Of a stretch of 64,000 nucleotides of DNA, positions 29,330-39,494 are shown piece by piece (position 1 is the stretch's first letter; every line of letters starts with the position of its first letter). Under the pieces are notes generated by a model. The model saw only the letters and a list, made by a program, of their open reading frames with translations. It did not search any database and was not told where the DNA came from. Source of the stretch: a virus (taxonomy: Duplodnaviria > Heunggongvirae > Uroviricota > Caudoviricetes); IMG/VR virus record IMGVR_UViG_3300044712_000823, positions 1 to 64,000 of that record. One strand, written 5' to 3'. A program made the position numbers and the translations under genes.

Positions 29330-31528
29330 TTAAATACCTTTCAGTTTGTCAATCGAATTGATATATTCTGCAACATCGGACGTATCACCATGGAAACGGT
29401 TGTAATTTGTCACATAGCGCAGCATTGGATATCTAGCATACATATTATCGCACTCTTTCCGCACTTTGTCAACATCTTTCGAAGGATCAAATGCGGAATC
29501 CTTAGTGTAAACCCTACACAGCATGGATACCACAGCCTGGTTCAGTTTCACCTTTTTAACATTTGCAAACCTTTCGATCAGTTGACGAATAGGATTTTTA
29601 ACATCCAGTTTGGTGGCAAGCTTCGAACCCATCTGCATGAAAACCTCATTATCAATTGAGTCTTTAGCAAGACCATCGACAACAGTTTGCGGAATGTTTG
29701 AAAGAACCTTGGTAATATGATCCTCAATATTGATCCAATTCTTTTGCATTTTAATTGCATCAATATCCGCCTTACGGACACCGTACATATCCACATTCAA
29801 TTCAGGAATACCCGAATTGATAAGTTCACCCAGAAGGGTATGTGCAGAAGTATGTGGATTCTTGGTAGACTGCATTTCAAATGCCTTCAGCGGAACATAG
29901 TAATATGTTTTCGTTGCATCAAGACTATGGAAATTAGTAGCTTCCCATGCATAGTAATTTGTATCACGGTAAGAACCGGCCCGCAGACGTTTTGCAAGTT
30001 TCAGAATCGAAACATTACGACCAACACCACCAGCGCGAGGCTTTACTGCCAGCGAAGATGCAAGAAACACAGAAGTTTCGGGGGGATTTTCGATAAATTC
30101 CAGAAACTCTTTGAATTTTGCAGGCTTAGTTTTATCTGCCGCATCAAGCACAAAAACAGTAGAAGTATTGCCTTTCATTGGCGTGGTTTTCCAGTGATAC
30201 TTACTGCGCTCAGTTGCACCAATCTTGGTATCATTCTTCACAAAGTAAACATTCGGCTCAACCATAATGCGCCAGTGATTAACCATCACCTGTTTACGGC
30301 CATCGGGAGTATCAATATGCACATAACGAGAAACGGTATTCTCATTACGGCAAGTAGATTCATGCGAATACTTATTGAAACCACGAATCGAAATATTGAA
30401 ATCATCCTTCAGCGTATCAACCGCAATTTCGAAATTGAAACTACGCGAATAGCTACCAGCAGTGTGATAAAGTTTGAAACCAGTTTTGGTCACATACTCC
30501 GCAACAGAATTGGTCCAAAGAGGTTCACTCGCCTTTTTCACAAGGAAAATAGAACGTTCCCATTTATTCGAAATAACATCAGCTTCTTTTGCAAGAACAT
30601 CCGTCAGTGCATTTTTAAGCAGTTCAAGCTTTTTGCGAATAGACTCAATCGTTTGCGGGATATAAGACAGACCTTCACGGGAGGCTTGGAAATCCAGTTC
30701 ACCAATATTGAAATGCAGTTCAAGACCGCAATTCAGCAGCTTTTGCAGTTCACCGAGAGCATTATTAGGCACTTCAATCGGATATGCAATGTTACCCATG
30801 ATAGCACGGGACTTATTATTGTAATTGCGATTGGCGAGCGAATGCACACCGGGGATGATATCCTTGGTACCGTATTCAATATCTTCAAACTTGAAGTTGG
30901 AAACACCACCGACACGAGGTTTCAGACTGAAGTGTCGATACACATAATATGCTTCTTGTTGAAACTTGAAGAAATCATTACGGTCATTAACCGCAAACTT
31001 CACTTCAACACCAGCAGGTTCATCCGTATTTTCTTCCATCATCAGTGCGATAGACGGTACACCAGCATCATTAATAAATGCAGTGTAAATGCCCTTACGA
31101 CCATCTTTAATAGCCGTCACGGTGAAGTTATCAGTATACGAAAACGGAGATTTAGAACCAAGGCCAAGTGCGCCAATAAACTCATTCGAATTAGTTTTGG
31201 TAGATTCGAAATATGTGGTATAAATGTTAGTAACCTGGTCATGGTTCAGACCAGTACCAAAATCACGGATAGAAAAATGCGGTTCAAGTGCCGTGGGCAG
31301 GTGCACCTCAAAAGGTTTATCTGCACGACCGGCCGCAGCATGAGAGTCCACAGCATTGCAGGACAGTTCGCGCACAATAGCACGGATTTTGTTGGCGTAC
31401 AGGCCAGACGACAGGATATTAAAGGCCTTGGCGGAGTTACGAATGCGGAACTCACCAATCTCGCCAACATTGGACATAACGGCTTCGGCTTGCGGTGCGG
31501 AATTCAGAATCATTACAAAAACTTTCAA
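29330..31528 (-). CDS. rIIA: rIIA (GHKL ATPase-like N-terminus).
   Basis: Similarity to T4 rIIA (KAFNILSSGLYANKIRAIVRELSCNAVD...RDFGTGL...GLGSKSPFSYTDNFTVT). Confidence 0.85.
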   Translation of the reverse strand: MKVFVMILNSAPQAEAVMSNVGEIGEFRIRNSAKAFNILSSGLYANKIRAIVRELSCNAVDSHAAAGRADKPFEVHLPTALEPHFSIRDFGTGLNHDQVTNIYTTYFESTKTNSNEFIGALGLGSKSPFSYTDNFTVTAIKDGRKGIYTAFINDAGVPSIALMMEENTDEPAGVEVKFAVNDRNDFFKFQQEAYYVYRHFSLKPRVGGVSNFKFEDIEYGTKDIIPGVHSLANRNYNNKSRAIMGNIAYPIEVPNNALGELQKLLNCGLELHFNIGELDFQASREGLSYIPQTIESIRKKLELLKNALTDVLAKEADVISNKWERSIFLVKKASEPLWTNSVAEYVTKTGFKLYHTAGSYSRSFNFEIAVDTLKDDFNISIRGFNKYSHESTCRNENTVSRYVHIDTPDGRKQVMVNHWRIMVEPNVYFVKNDTKIGATERSKYHWKTTPMKGNTSTVFVLDAADKTKPAKFKEFLEFIENPPETSVFLASSLAVKPRAGGVGRNVSILKLAKRLRAGSYRDTNYYAWEATNFHSLDATKTYYYVPLKAFEMQSTKNPHTSAHTLLGELINSGIPELNVDMYGVRKADIDAIKMQKNWINIEDHITKVLSNIPQTVVDGLAKDSIDNEVFMQMGSKLATKLDVKNPIRQLIERFANVKKVKLNQAVVSMLCRVYTKDSAFDPSKDVDKVRKECDNMYARYPMLRYVTNYNRFHGDTSDVAEYINSIDKLKGI

Positions 31529-31598
31529 TCAGTGAATCAATGCGACAATTATACCAGAGTTGGAGAAAAAGGCAACCGTTGCGGTTGCCTTGTTGTTT

Positions 31599-31787
31599 TT
31601 ATGCTACGCGGTGATATTCAGCACGGAAGTAGCATTCAGAATTGCCGCTAAAGTATTGCCGACAAAATTGTTTAGCATCTTCCTCATTGTCGAAATACTT
31701 TTCACCCATAGGACGCTGACCGTAGCCACGTTCATATTCCGTCATGGTGACTTTGAACAGGGGACCAGGATGTTTAACTTCTGCCAT
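31599..31787 (-). CDS. Hypothetical small protein.
   Basis: AGGAG RBS. Confidence 0.4.
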   Translation of the reverse strand: MAEVKHPGPLFKVTMTEYERGYGQRPMGEKYFDNEEDAKQFCRQYFSGNSECYFRAEYHRVA

Positions 31788-32041
31788 TTGGAACTCCTTT
31801 CTAACTAGGGTTCTAGTGTATCACGACCGATTAGAGTGGCAACCATTGTTGTTCAAATACAACAGGCATCCTTACCACTTTTCCTGTCAACCCTAAACAA
31901 TACCATTGCGTTATCCATATGTGCCCCCATCAGTATGATAGGATCCATGTCCTAAAGTCCTTCTTAACCAAGGTGTATTCCTTAATTCCATAGGTCCTGC
32001 AATGGGTCCATGCTTCAAGGTAAAAGGGAAATTCAATCACA

Positions 32042-32479
32042 TTAGTTTTCATTTTGTTTTCCTTTAAAGAATGTTTTAATACCACGTGCATCCCACAATG
32101 CATTATGTGGAACATACGAAACATAATCAATGCCACGGTTCAATTCAAACTGCACTTTATGTGCAGTGGGTAACATCTCACCTGGACCAGTAATCAGTGC
32201 CTCACAGAAATACCGAATATCATCAGGCCAATCTGCTACAATAGTACATTCACCAATTAGAAATAGATATTGTGCCAGTGCATTTTGAAACTCAGTATAA
32301 GTACAGGGCAGAAGAAACATATGTGGTACCACATTTTCTTTCACCCATGGGTCTAGTTGACCAGTAAATTCAATTTCTTTATAGAATTCTGGTAGAGAAT
32401 CATCTTCAGGCACTAATGCCATGGACATTAGTTTACCGTTGAAACCATTAAATTCGGTGTCAAGATAAAGTTTAGTCAT
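32042..32479 (-). CDS. DEDDh 3'-5' exonuclease (DnaQ/RNase T-like).
   Basis: LYLDTEFNG (Exo I). HNALWDA (Exo III). Confidence 0.6.
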   Translation of the reverse strand: MTKLYLDTEFNGFNGKLMSMALVPEDDSLPEFYKEIEFTGQLDPWVKENVVPHMFLLPCTYTEFQNALAQYLFLIGECTIVADWPDDIRYFCEALITGPGEMLPTAHKVQFELNRGIDYVSYVPHNALWDARGIKTFFKGKQNEN

Positions 32480-32667
32480 TATTCGTCCTCCGGATAATCA
32501 TAATAACCAACAATTTCACACATATCCGCAATTAAGTTTGTTGCATTTTCATGCACCCAATCTTCATTTGTAGCTTCTGGACAAGAGATATGTTGTTCAG
32601 TGATAAATTTTGCAACAGTATTCCAGAGTTCCGCCATTTCTTTAACTGTAGGTTCAACATTAATCAT
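32479..32667 (-). CDS. Hypothetical small protein.
   Basis: ORF. Confidence 0.3.
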   Translation of the reverse strand: MINVEPTVKEMAELWNTVAKFITEQHISCPEATNEDWVHENATNLIADMCEIVGYYDYPEDE

Positions 32668-33047
32668 TTCAATTCAATCCTTGCACAGAATTTATCTTTC
32701 CAACTACGATAAGCCAGACGCACAAAACCAGGTTCACTGTCTTGCATTTTAACTTTACCTGCCATAGTTCCGAACATGATACCAAAGCCGGCGACCACAC
32801 CAATTAAAATTTGTGATGCTGTATTCAGTTCATGTCCCCAAAATAGCCAACTGAAAATGTTGGCCACTGAAACCAATACCCATATTGTAAGTGATACCCC
32901 ACCAGCCAAAGACAACAGAAATAGTGATGTACCAAAAATTACATAACGAATATATGAACAAATATCAGTTGCAGAATATACACGTTCTTCGCCGAAATTG
33001 GCCAACCAATAGTGCCACGATTTTCGCTTCAATTCAATTGTTTTCAT
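32664..33047 (-). CDS. Membrane protein.
   Basis: TM helices. Confidence 0.4.
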   Translation of the reverse strand: MKTIELKRKSWHYWLANFGEERVYSATDICSYIRYVIFGTSLFLLSLAGGVSLTIWVLVSVANIFSWLFWGHELNTASQILIGVVAGFGIMFGTMAGKVKMQDSEPGFVRLAYRSWKDKFCARIELK

Positions 33048-33307
33048 TATTCAATTCCAAAATGTTTTTTGATTTTATTGACAGAATCTGATTTACAATT
33101 AAACCATTCATCACGGTATGAATCTTCAGGTCCTGCCAGCCTGATACATTCTCTGATAACTAGTTCGGCGAATTTTCGTTTATTGAAAATTTCTTGTGGA
33201 TAATCGTAATCGAACTCCACAACATCATGTGCTTTTCGAATCAAATCTTTAATATTTTCATTCATTATATTGTTTTTGCCTTTCTTTTTGTTCTTCAAAA
33301 TGTTCAT
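33047..33307 (-). CDS. Small paralogous-family protein (FAELVIREC...HFGIE).
   Basis: Shares motifs with six ORFs at 38.2–41.2 kb. Confidence 0.45.
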   Translation of the reverse strand: MNILKNKKKGKNNIMNENIKDLIRKAHDVVEFDYDYPQEIFNKRKFAELVIRECIRLAGPEDSYRDEWFNCKSDSVNKIKKHFGIE

Positions 33308-33668
33308 CGCATAGTGTTTTCATCCATGGCAGGTCTCTTAGTGTGCCAGGGTTACCACATACTTCGCAAGTATCACATGCCCATACTTCAGCCATTGAAA
33401 CTAGACCGTCAATGAAACTGTCACCGCCCGAATAATAGAATCGAAGACCGCCAAACTTTTCTTTAACTTGTTCGACGGTAACCTGCTCTACACGTTCAAC
33501 TTTATTATCGGGATACTTATCACAGTAAGAATTAACGTGGTCAATGTGTGCCTGAATCTCACGCGACAAAGCAAAGATAATATTCTGCCAACCAGGACCA
33601 ACGTATACGTCACCGTGAGTATACATTAGCGGAAACTCAGCTTTCAGTTTTTCTACAAAATCACTCAT
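33258..33668 (-). CDS. Hypothetical protein (Cys cluster).
   Basis: ORF. Confidence 0.4.
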   Translation of the reverse strand: MSDFVEKLKAEFPLMYTHGDVYVGPGWQNIIFALSREIQAHIDHVNSYCDKYPDNKVERVEQVTVEQVKEKFGGLRFYYSGGDSFIDGLVSMAEVWACDTCEVCGNPGTLRDLPWMKTLCDEHFEEQKERQKQYNE

Positions 33669-34081
33669 TATAGTTCTCCAAATAGTTCTGAAATGTCATA
33701 TTCAAAACGTGCTTTCATCCGATCAAGGGCTTCTTGTGGTACATTATGTACATTCTGAAATTGATTTTGACATAGAATCACTTGCGGCACGATATTAAAA
33801 CACTTTGCAAGATCAAAATATGGCTTCAATTCTTTCTTGGTCGTAAACGTATTTGATACGACCACATCATTACCCAATTCCAAATATTCACGGGTTACAC
33901 GTTGACACCATTCGTGGGCTTCTTTGATACGCGAAATATCAAAGTTGTAATTGCGGTTAATATCGTACCAAAACATATCAGTTTCAAGATGAACAAAATC
34001 ATCTGAGAAACTTTTAGCGGTAGTGGATTTACCTGAACCAGGTAGTCCACGAATGAGAATTAGATTCAAAATTAACTCCAA
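33668..34081 (-). CDS. P-loop kinase (AAA_33-like).
   Basis: IRGLPGSGKST Walker A. Confidence 0.6.
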   Translation of the reverse strand: MELILNLILIRGLPGSGKSTTAKSFSDDFVHLETDMFWYDINRNYNFDISRIKEAHEWCQRVTREYLELGNDVVVSNTFTTKKELKPYFDLAKCFNIVPQVILCQNQFQNVHNVPQEALDRMKARFEYDISELFGEL

Positions 34082-34386
34082 GTCCTATGTGCCTCAGCCA
34101 CCCATTCACTGCCATCATATTCACAAATGGTCCATTCCACACCATCGGGAATTTCCACAATTCGTAGGTTGGCACATTCACCATTTGCATTAGTGCCGAG
34201 AGTTTCCACCACTTCAATCAAAAGTGGGTCAGCACGGTCAATTTGACCTTGGAAAAAATCTTCATAATATTTCCAAGTATTATTCCATACGCCAGGATTC
34301 ATACCCTTGCGGGCACAGTAAATATCAACTGCCTCCTTGGACAAACCAAAACCACCATGACAAGCATTAATAACAATTTTAGTCAT
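34072..34386 (-). CDS. Hypothetical protein.
   Basis: Start set at MTKIV, directly after the upstream gene's stop. Confidence 0.35.
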   Translation of the reverse strand: MTKIVINACHGGFGLSKEAVDIYCARKGMNPGVWNNTWKYYEDFFQGQIDRADPLLIEVVETLGTNANGECANLRIVEIPDGVEWTICEYDGSEWVAEAHRTWS

Positions 34387-34387
34387 T

Positions 34388-34582
34388 TTAAATTCCGTTT
34401 TTATATTTTTCGTTCTCTTGAATTGCTTGGTAGAATTTGACAATAATATCAAGCTTCGTGCTGACGCCAGACGGGAATATATCACCGAATTGCGTTCGCA
34501 CCTGCACCATTTCAAGAATCAAATCACGGCACAGTTTCAATTCACTAGCCGTACCAATCTCATGTACTTCGAAATCGGACAT
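34388..34582 (-). CDS. Hypothetical small protein.
   Basis: ORF. Confidence 0.35.
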   Translation of the reverse strand: MSDFEVHEIGTASELKLCRDLILEMVQVRTQFGDIFPSGVSTKLDIIVKFYQAIQENEKYKNGI

Positions 34583-34776
34583 TAGATATACCCCAGCACT
34601 GCTCCGATCGGTGCAATAAAGATACCAACGACACGCAGAACCAGCAGACCGGTAATATCATTGAAATTAGAATGTGCGATGGTGATAATATTGGCAATCC
34701 AACCATAGCAGATTGCAGCAATAACACCGAGCCAAACAACGGCACCAAAAAGGGTGAAAAAGTCTTTCTTCGTCAT
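34582..34776 (-). CDS. Small membrane protein.
   Basis: TM helices. Confidence 0.35.
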   Translation of the reverse strand: MTKKDFFTLFGAVVWLGVIAAICYGWIANIITIAHSNFNDITGLLVLRVVGIFIAPIGAVLGYI

Positions 34777-34786
34777 AATATACTCC

Positions 34787-35215
34787 TTAAATCTTTTCAA
34801 CAACAATCTCTTGACTCATATCATCATTAAAGGACATATTATGATGATGCACTTTTACCAAACCCTTACGCGCAAGAGATTCACACACAAGGAAATTCAT
34901 AAAGATACTCAGACGGTCAGCAAACTCCTCTGCCGTTTTGGATACATCGCAGCCTTCACCAGTCGCCAACATTTCAGAAATGAGCATCATATCTTCCAAG
35001 TTTCGCTCATCTTCTGGTTTATCAATTTCAGTAATAAAATGTTGCAGGTCACCTTCAGACATATTTTTAATAAAATCACCGACGACACAGTAAGGGTTAC
35101 GCATCATATCGGCAGCCAGCAGGCGAGTAATAGCCAGCATTTCTTTAGAATGAACGATATTTTGATAATTCAGGTAAAAAGGTTCACCGTCTTTATATTC
35201 TTTTTGCATTTCCAT
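34787..35215 (-). CDS. Hypothetical protein.
   Basis: ORF. Confidence 0.4.
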   Translation of the reverse strand: MEMQKEYKDGEPFYLNYQNIVHSKEMLAITRLLAADMMRNPYCVVGDFIKNMSEGDLQHFITEIDKPEDERNLEDMMLISEMLATGEGCDVSKTAEEFADRLSIFMNFLVCESLARKGLVKVHHHNMSFNDDMSQEIVVEKI

Positions 35216-35229
35216 TTTATTTACCTCAA

Positions 35230-35502
35230 TTATTCGTAATCGTAATTATAATCATCGAAAGAACCATAGTCCTCATCGGTACCCCAACCAGCGGACGCCA
35301 GTGCATCAGCGTCATCCTCAAATCGGGAACCTTCCATCACCTCATCCATGGCCATATTAGCCTCTGCATCAATAACCAGATTTTCGGCCACGACCAACGA
35401 AAGGCCATATTCCGACATGATGGTTTTCACCACCTGGTCAAAATCCAAGCCTTGGTCATACAATTCACCGATATACAGTTCCAAATCAGACATTTTAGAC
35501 AT
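35230..35502 (-). CDS. Acidic small protein.
   Basis: D/E-rich. Confidence 0.4.
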   Translation of the reverse strand: MSKMSDLELYIGELYDQGLDFDQVVKTIMSEYGLSLVVAENLVIDAEANMAMDEVMEGSRFEDDADALASAGWGTDEDYGSFDDYNYDYE

Positions 35503-35642
35503 TACTATTACTCCACCGAGAGAAGAAAATTAACGAATCGAAACACGACCAATTGCACCAGCAGTGGCATTTGCCAAATAAGTGCAAGAAATCTCATCGC
35601 GCAAATTACCGCTGAGATATTCAACCATATACAACCAACCAT

Positions 35643-35858
35643 TCATACTGCAACTCCTTCAGAAATAGATTCGATTTGTTCGTGGTCAAGGATAATGCGT
35701 TCGCGCACGGCACCGAAAACGGTGATGGGTTTATTCAGAACCACATGATGGGTAACGCGGCCGCCGTAGGTAACGCGGGACAGTTCTACTGTACCAGTCA
35801 CGGTGTACATATTGAGGTACCGACCGGTGACGGAGAGGTTTTCAAGGTTCCATTGCAT
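35643..35858 (-). CDS. Small protein; paralog of 41745..41957.
   Basis: About 50% identity to the second copy. Directly downstream of a promoter cassette. Confidence 0.45.
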   Translation of the reverse strand: MQWNLENLSVTGRYLNMYTVTGTVELSRVTYGGRVTHHVVLNKPITVFGAVRERIILDHEQIESISEGVAV

Positions 35859-35887
35859 TTTGTGTCTTTCGCTGAATCAATGCATGA

Positions 35888-35916
35888 ATTATGGCGGATG
35901 GAAGTGGATCTGGCAA
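35888..35916 (-). promoter_or_regulatory. Sigma70-like early promoter (family copy P1): TTGCCA-17-CATAAT.
   Basis: Minus-strand reading ...TTGCCAgatccacttccatccgcCATAAT. Upstream conserved stem-loop 35932..35950. Confidence 0.55.
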
Positions 35917-35974
35917 TGTGGAGCAATAGTTCTCCAGCACTGCGCTGGAGTTAGAACCTTTTACTTACAAAATC

Positions 35975-36136
35975 CTAGACGATTCCAGCGATTCGGAGCC
36001 ATTGACCAAGGGCCAGCATGAGCCCAAGGATTCCGATGATCCTAGACTGCGGGTTGCTGCCCCATGTGGCAAATACGCCGCCAAAAATTACCAGATAAAC
36101 GATTATCACATAATCGAGCACAAAATATTCTTTCAT
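35975..36136 (-). CDS. Small membrane peptide (53 aa).
   Basis: Hand-translated. ATGA overlap with the upstream ORF. Confidence 0.3.
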   Translation of the reverse strand: MKEYFVLDYVIIVYLVIFGGVFATWGSNPQSRIIGILGLMLALGQWLRIAGIV

Positions 36137-36345
36137 TTAATTTGACCTTCTTGAATCATTTGCTCAAATGTATTGAAAAGAATCTCAAATTTCATTTGAT
36201 ACAATGTCTGAAGTCCAATAAGAATATTCAGCAATTCATCGTGTGACATATCACGAATATCCGTAATTTGTGCGATTGTTTTAATATCATCACAAACACC
36301 CCAGCAATCCATAATTTGCTGTTCAAAAACGAAACGACTATTCAC
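36133..36345 (-). CDS. Hypothetical protein.
   Basis: ORF. Confidence 0.35.
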   Translation of the reverse strand: MNSRFVFEQQIMDCWGVCDDIKTIAQITDIRDMSHDELLNILIGLQTLYQMKFEILFNTFEQMIQEGQIK

Positions 36346-36361
36346 ATTAACCCCTTATTAC

Positions 36362-36405
36362 ATACCAAAGAAAAATGAATGCTGCCCTAAAAGAATGCAG
36401 CATTC
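36362..36405 (-). terminator. Rho-independent terminator (minus strand).
   Basis: GAAUGCUGC...GCAGCAUUC 9-bp stem, then AUUUUUCUUU. Confidence 0.6.
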
Positions 36406-36443
36406 TCTTGAAATAATACACACGATATTTCAGTGCATTCATA

Positions 36444-37331
36444 TTAACCTGCAATAGTATACTCTGCCAAATCTTTCCAGTTTGCACCAGCAGATTTACG
36501 GATTTTGGTGACTTGAATCAGAGTGCGAAGGGACAACTCTTTAACATTATCACGCACAGAATTAATCAAATCAAGGGCGTCTTGTTTGATTTGTTTAGCA
36601 ATCTCGGGCATAAAATCAGGCTGGTCAAGCAGCCATTGCATACGCTCGATTTTCTGCTCCTTATTCATAGACAGGTCAACTGCCATAGAACGGGTGATAA
36701 TCGCTTGGTCAATCTTATCCGAGCCGAGATTCGAAATAAAGATAACACGACCTTTGAATTCAAAAGTAGTGGGCAAATCTTCATCACGAATATCCGCACG
36801 CCAAGAGATAATGCGCTTAGAATAAGAATCCAAAGCACCTTTCAGAAGGTTAAGAGAAATGGGGTCTTTGAGAACCGAATCGCAATCATCAAAAACAATA
36901 ACGCCATCTTTATTCTCATAAAGGGTGCGATACAGACCTTTGGGCGTAGAATAACCCTTGATAATACGATACGATTTTTTAGTATTGAGTTTGTCGCCGA
37001 CTTTGAATTCATCAAGCACGGTAACGTCCTGCATACCATTTTTGACCAATGCATCGGTCACGGTGTGGGATTTACCCAGACCGCCAGGACCGCAGATAAC
37101 CACGGACGCTTGGTCGCCTTTGCAAAGCATGGCAACCATATCCGAAACGAAACCGAATCGCTGGTTAATCGAAAAACGCGAAGGAGCGACGGTCTCTGCC
37201 ACGGGTTCCACGCCGCCAGCCTTCATGGCCTGACGAACCACGTAGTCCATGTGCGCCTTGGACGTGCGCTTGACCAGTTTACCGTTAATCATGGCCTGGT
37301 ACTTACCGTTCACAAATTTGACTTCAATCAT
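36444..37331 (-). CDS. P-loop NTPase (AAA-like ATPase).
   Basis: ICGPGGLGKSH Walker A. VIVFDDCD Walker B. Confidence 0.6.
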   Translation of the reverse strand: MIEVKFVNGKYQAMINGKLVKRTSKAHMDYVVRQAMKAGGVEPVAETVAPSRFSINQRFGFVSDMVAMLCKGDQASVVICGPGGLGKSHTVTDALVKNGMQDVTVLDEFKVGDKLNTKKSYRIIKGYSTPKGLYRTLYENKDGVIVFDDCDSVLKDPISLNLLKGALDSYSKRIISWRADIRDEDLPTTFEFKGRVIFISNLGSDKIDQAIITRSMAVDLSMNKEQKIERMQWLLDQPDFMPEIAKQIKQDALDLINSVRDNVKELSLRTLIQVTKIRKSAGANWKDLAEYTIAG

Positions 37332-37363
37332 CGTTCACTCCGTGTTAATCAATCAATGCATGA

Positions 37364-37392
37364 ATTATGGCGGACGGACGCCAATTTGTCAA
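37364..37392 (-). promoter_or_regulatory. Sigma70 consensus early promoter (family copy P2): TTGACA-17-CATAAT.
   Basis: Minus-strand reading TTGACAaattggcgtccgtccgcCATAAT. Stem-loop 37407..37427 upstream. Confidence 0.6.
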
Positions 37393-37438
37393 TGTGGAGC
37401 AATAGTTCTCCAGTGCCGTGCTGGAGATTGCTAAAGTA

Positions 37439-37627
37439 TTACTTTTTGCTTTCAGTGTTTTTTATAATACGAACACCAAAACCTAGACTCATTTTCAGAA
37501 ATTCAGACCAACATTGTGGACATACTGGTTTATTATCATAAACTGGTGCAGGATGTGTATTATGTGGGGAAAATGCAAATTCAAAACCACATTTCACACA
37601 TTTATATGGTGCAGGCATTATGTACAT
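37439..37627 (-). CDS. Zinc-ribbon small protein.
   Basis: CVKCG...CPQC. Confidence 0.35.
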   Translation of the reverse strand: MYIMPAPYKCVKCGFEFAFSPHNTHPAPVYDNKPVCPQCWSEFLKMSLGFGVRIIKNTESKK

Positions 37628-37760
37628 TATTTCTGTCTTTCACGAATACAGCTATAAATGTCGGACATTTGCTCAGGATTTAGTTTAGTAACAGCAATCC
37701 ATTCTGCGCCATTAGTCCTCATGCACAACCAACCCGTGCCAGAAATTTTATATTCTATAT

Positions 37761-37955
37761 TCATCGCTGCACCATTAGAAGAAACTCTTTATATTCGACT
37801 GCCAAGAATTTGGCGTCATTCGGGTGGCAATACACAATGCCATCAAATACTTGCCAAACATACTCGCGGAAATTATGAAGGCAATAATCAATAAACCCAT
37901 CAATGGGCAGATTATAATCCTCAGCAACATAAACCAAATTAGTTTTGTAAAACAT
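37761..37955 (-). CDS. Hypothetical small protein.
   Basis: Downstream of promoter P3. Confidence 0.35.
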   Translation of the reverse strand: MFYKTNLVYVAEDYNLPIDGFIDYCLHNFREYVWQVFDGIVYCHPNDAKFLAVEYKEFLLMVQR

Positions 37956-37984
37956 ATCAACCTTTCTTTCAATCTATGTGTGGG

Positions 37985-38012
37985 ATTCTACCACGGCTGG
38001 TGGAAATGGCAA
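37985..38012 (-). promoter_or_regulatory. Early promoter family copy P3 (TTGCCA-16-TAGAAT).
   Basis: Minus-strand reading TTGCCAtttccaccagccgtggTAGAAT. Confidence 0.5.
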
Positions 38013-38203
38013 GTGTAGTAAAAAGTTCTCCATCCTGCCGGTCAACTATTCATCATAACCCTTACCAATACCAATATAAATTCCAAACTTAATTAAGTCA
38101 ATTTTAATTGACCACTCATGTTCGCAGTTATGACCAATAAAAATACCCAAATTAATATAATTAGATTCAAACCAGTTGATGCGAAACTTTTCACCACTTC
38201 CCA

Positions 38204-38425
38204 TTATTTGGCTCCGAAATGATTTTTAATTTGAATTGCAGCGTGTTTATAGTAATTGTGATTGCCATTGGTCTTTTCGTGCATATCCAATAGTTTACCA
38301 CAACATTCATCAATAATCAACTCGGCGAATTTCTCCAATTCATAATCATAGAATTGCCAAACTGGTGGAATATGTTTTTTGGTGCCCATGGCGTGCTCGG
38401 CGAGTTCATAAATTCGTTCATTCAT
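38204..38425 (-). CDS. Small paralogous-family protein (MNERIYEL...FAELIIDEC...HFGAK).
   Basis: Family motifs. Confidence 0.5.
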   Translation of the reverse strand: MNERIYELAEHAMGTKKHIPPVWQFYDYELEKFAELIIDECCGKLLDMHEKTNGNHNYYKHAAIQIKNHFGAK

Positions 38426-38570
38426 TTACTTTTATCTTTCGAAAAATCGAATATCATACCTTTGAGAAAACCCTGCTTGAAAGTACCGCTCGGCGCAAAT
38501 AACATATAACCTATAATCAATCCCTGAAACGTACCGAGAAAGTAGAGAAAAGCCATCATAAATGCTTCCA

Positions 38571-38777
38571 TTATTCAACTCCGAAATGTTCTTTTAGATG
38601 ACGTTCTTCAATAATACCAAAACTTTCTACGCCGCGCTGATGCAAATGCATTGCACATTCCTTGATAATCAATTCGGCAAATTCTTGTGGGTCGAAATAA
38701 GTATGCAATTTCAATACATGGAGTGTATTCCTATCTCCACCGGCTTTAAAGAATAGTTCATAAATTCGTTCATTCAT
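38571..38777 (-). CDS. Small paralogous-family protein.
   Basis: N-terminal 34 aa identical to 40961..41188. Confidence 0.5.
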   Translation of the reverse strand: MNERIYELFFKAGGDRNTLHVLKLHTYFDPQEFAELIIKECAMHLHQRGVESFGIIEERHLKEHFGVE

Positions 38778-38952
38778 TTGAATAATCCTTTACTGTGGGA
38801 ATATCTTTCCATTCAGACCATTGCATATTCTTCATAGTATCTGGAAATGGACCATTACCAGCATATACGTTCATATCAATTTGCTGCCTTTGTTGCAATA
38901 CCTTTTCAGGACCATCCCAACCTTGGCGGATAAACCAACGTAATTCAACCAT
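38770..38952 (-). CDS. Hypothetical small protein.
   Basis: ORF. Confidence 0.3.
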   Translation of the reverse strand: MVELRWFIRQGWDGPEKVLQQRQQIDMNVYAGNGPFPDTMKNMQWSEWKDIPTVKDYSNE

Positions 38953-39194
38953 TATTCAACTCCAAAATGTTCTTTGATCTTAACTGCAATGTCTGCCAAG
39001 TAGTAATATAACGTGCCTTCATCATGTAACTCACTGCCTTCGCTGTGTATATGAGCAATGTTAGCACATTCCTTGACAATCAACTCTGCAAACTTTTGCT
39101 CAAATGTGCGAATATATGAAACGCCGTGAGTTTCACATTCTTTATGTGCGTAGTTTTGCGCCTGTTCGGACAATTCTTTTATCCGTTCATTCAT
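38952..39194 (-). CDS. Small paralogous-family protein.
   Basis: FAELIVKEC...HFGVE. Confidence 0.5.
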   Translation of the reverse strand: MNERIKELSEQAQNYAHKECETHGVSYIRTFEQKFAELIVKECANIAHIHSEGSELHDEGTLYYYLADIAVKIKEHFGVE

Positions 39195-39200
39195 ATTATA

Positions 39201-39494
39201 TCACCACGCCAAAGCAAAAGCATAGAAACCGTTGGTATTATCACCTCCAGTTTCAATATGAACCCGCCGATTGCCACAATCACAACGGCGATTCCCGACT
39301 TGCCAGCCTGCACATTCTATATCATTTTCACCCAAATAATCATTGCAGTTTTGACCGTCAAATTCGACAAAATCATCGCCAGATTGTGCAATAAATGCAT
39401 CAATAGCTTCTTGCTGCGTTTTGTAATTCATTATATCACATACTCCAATAAGTTTCAGACGCGGGATTGCAACACCATGGAGTATCCTCGGCAA
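39201..39494 (-). CDS. Hypothetical Cys-rich small protein.
   Basis: ORF. Start uncertain. Confidence 0.3.
   Translation of the reverse strand: MPRILHGVAIPRLKLIGVCDIMNYKTQQEAIDAFIAQSGDDFVEFDGQNCNDYLGENDIECAGWQVGNRRCDCGNRRVHIETGGDNTNGFYAFALAW

Noticed and set aside
29717-31651. 644-aa plus-strand ORF antisense to rIIA.
   Set aside because: Arg/Cys/Ile/Phe-rich low-complexity translation with no motifs. It fully overlaps a confidently identified rIIA gene on the opposite strand, so it is a typical antisense open frame.
36513-37541. 342-aa plus-strand ORF antisense to the P-loop NTPase gene.
   Set aside because: Same reasoning. The minus-strand product has Walker A/B motifs and the plus frame is compositional junk.
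38426-38570. Candidate 48-aa membrane peptide between two paralog-family genes.
   Set aside because: Careful re-translation showed an in-frame TGA after 17 codons. The gap more likely holds a promoter.
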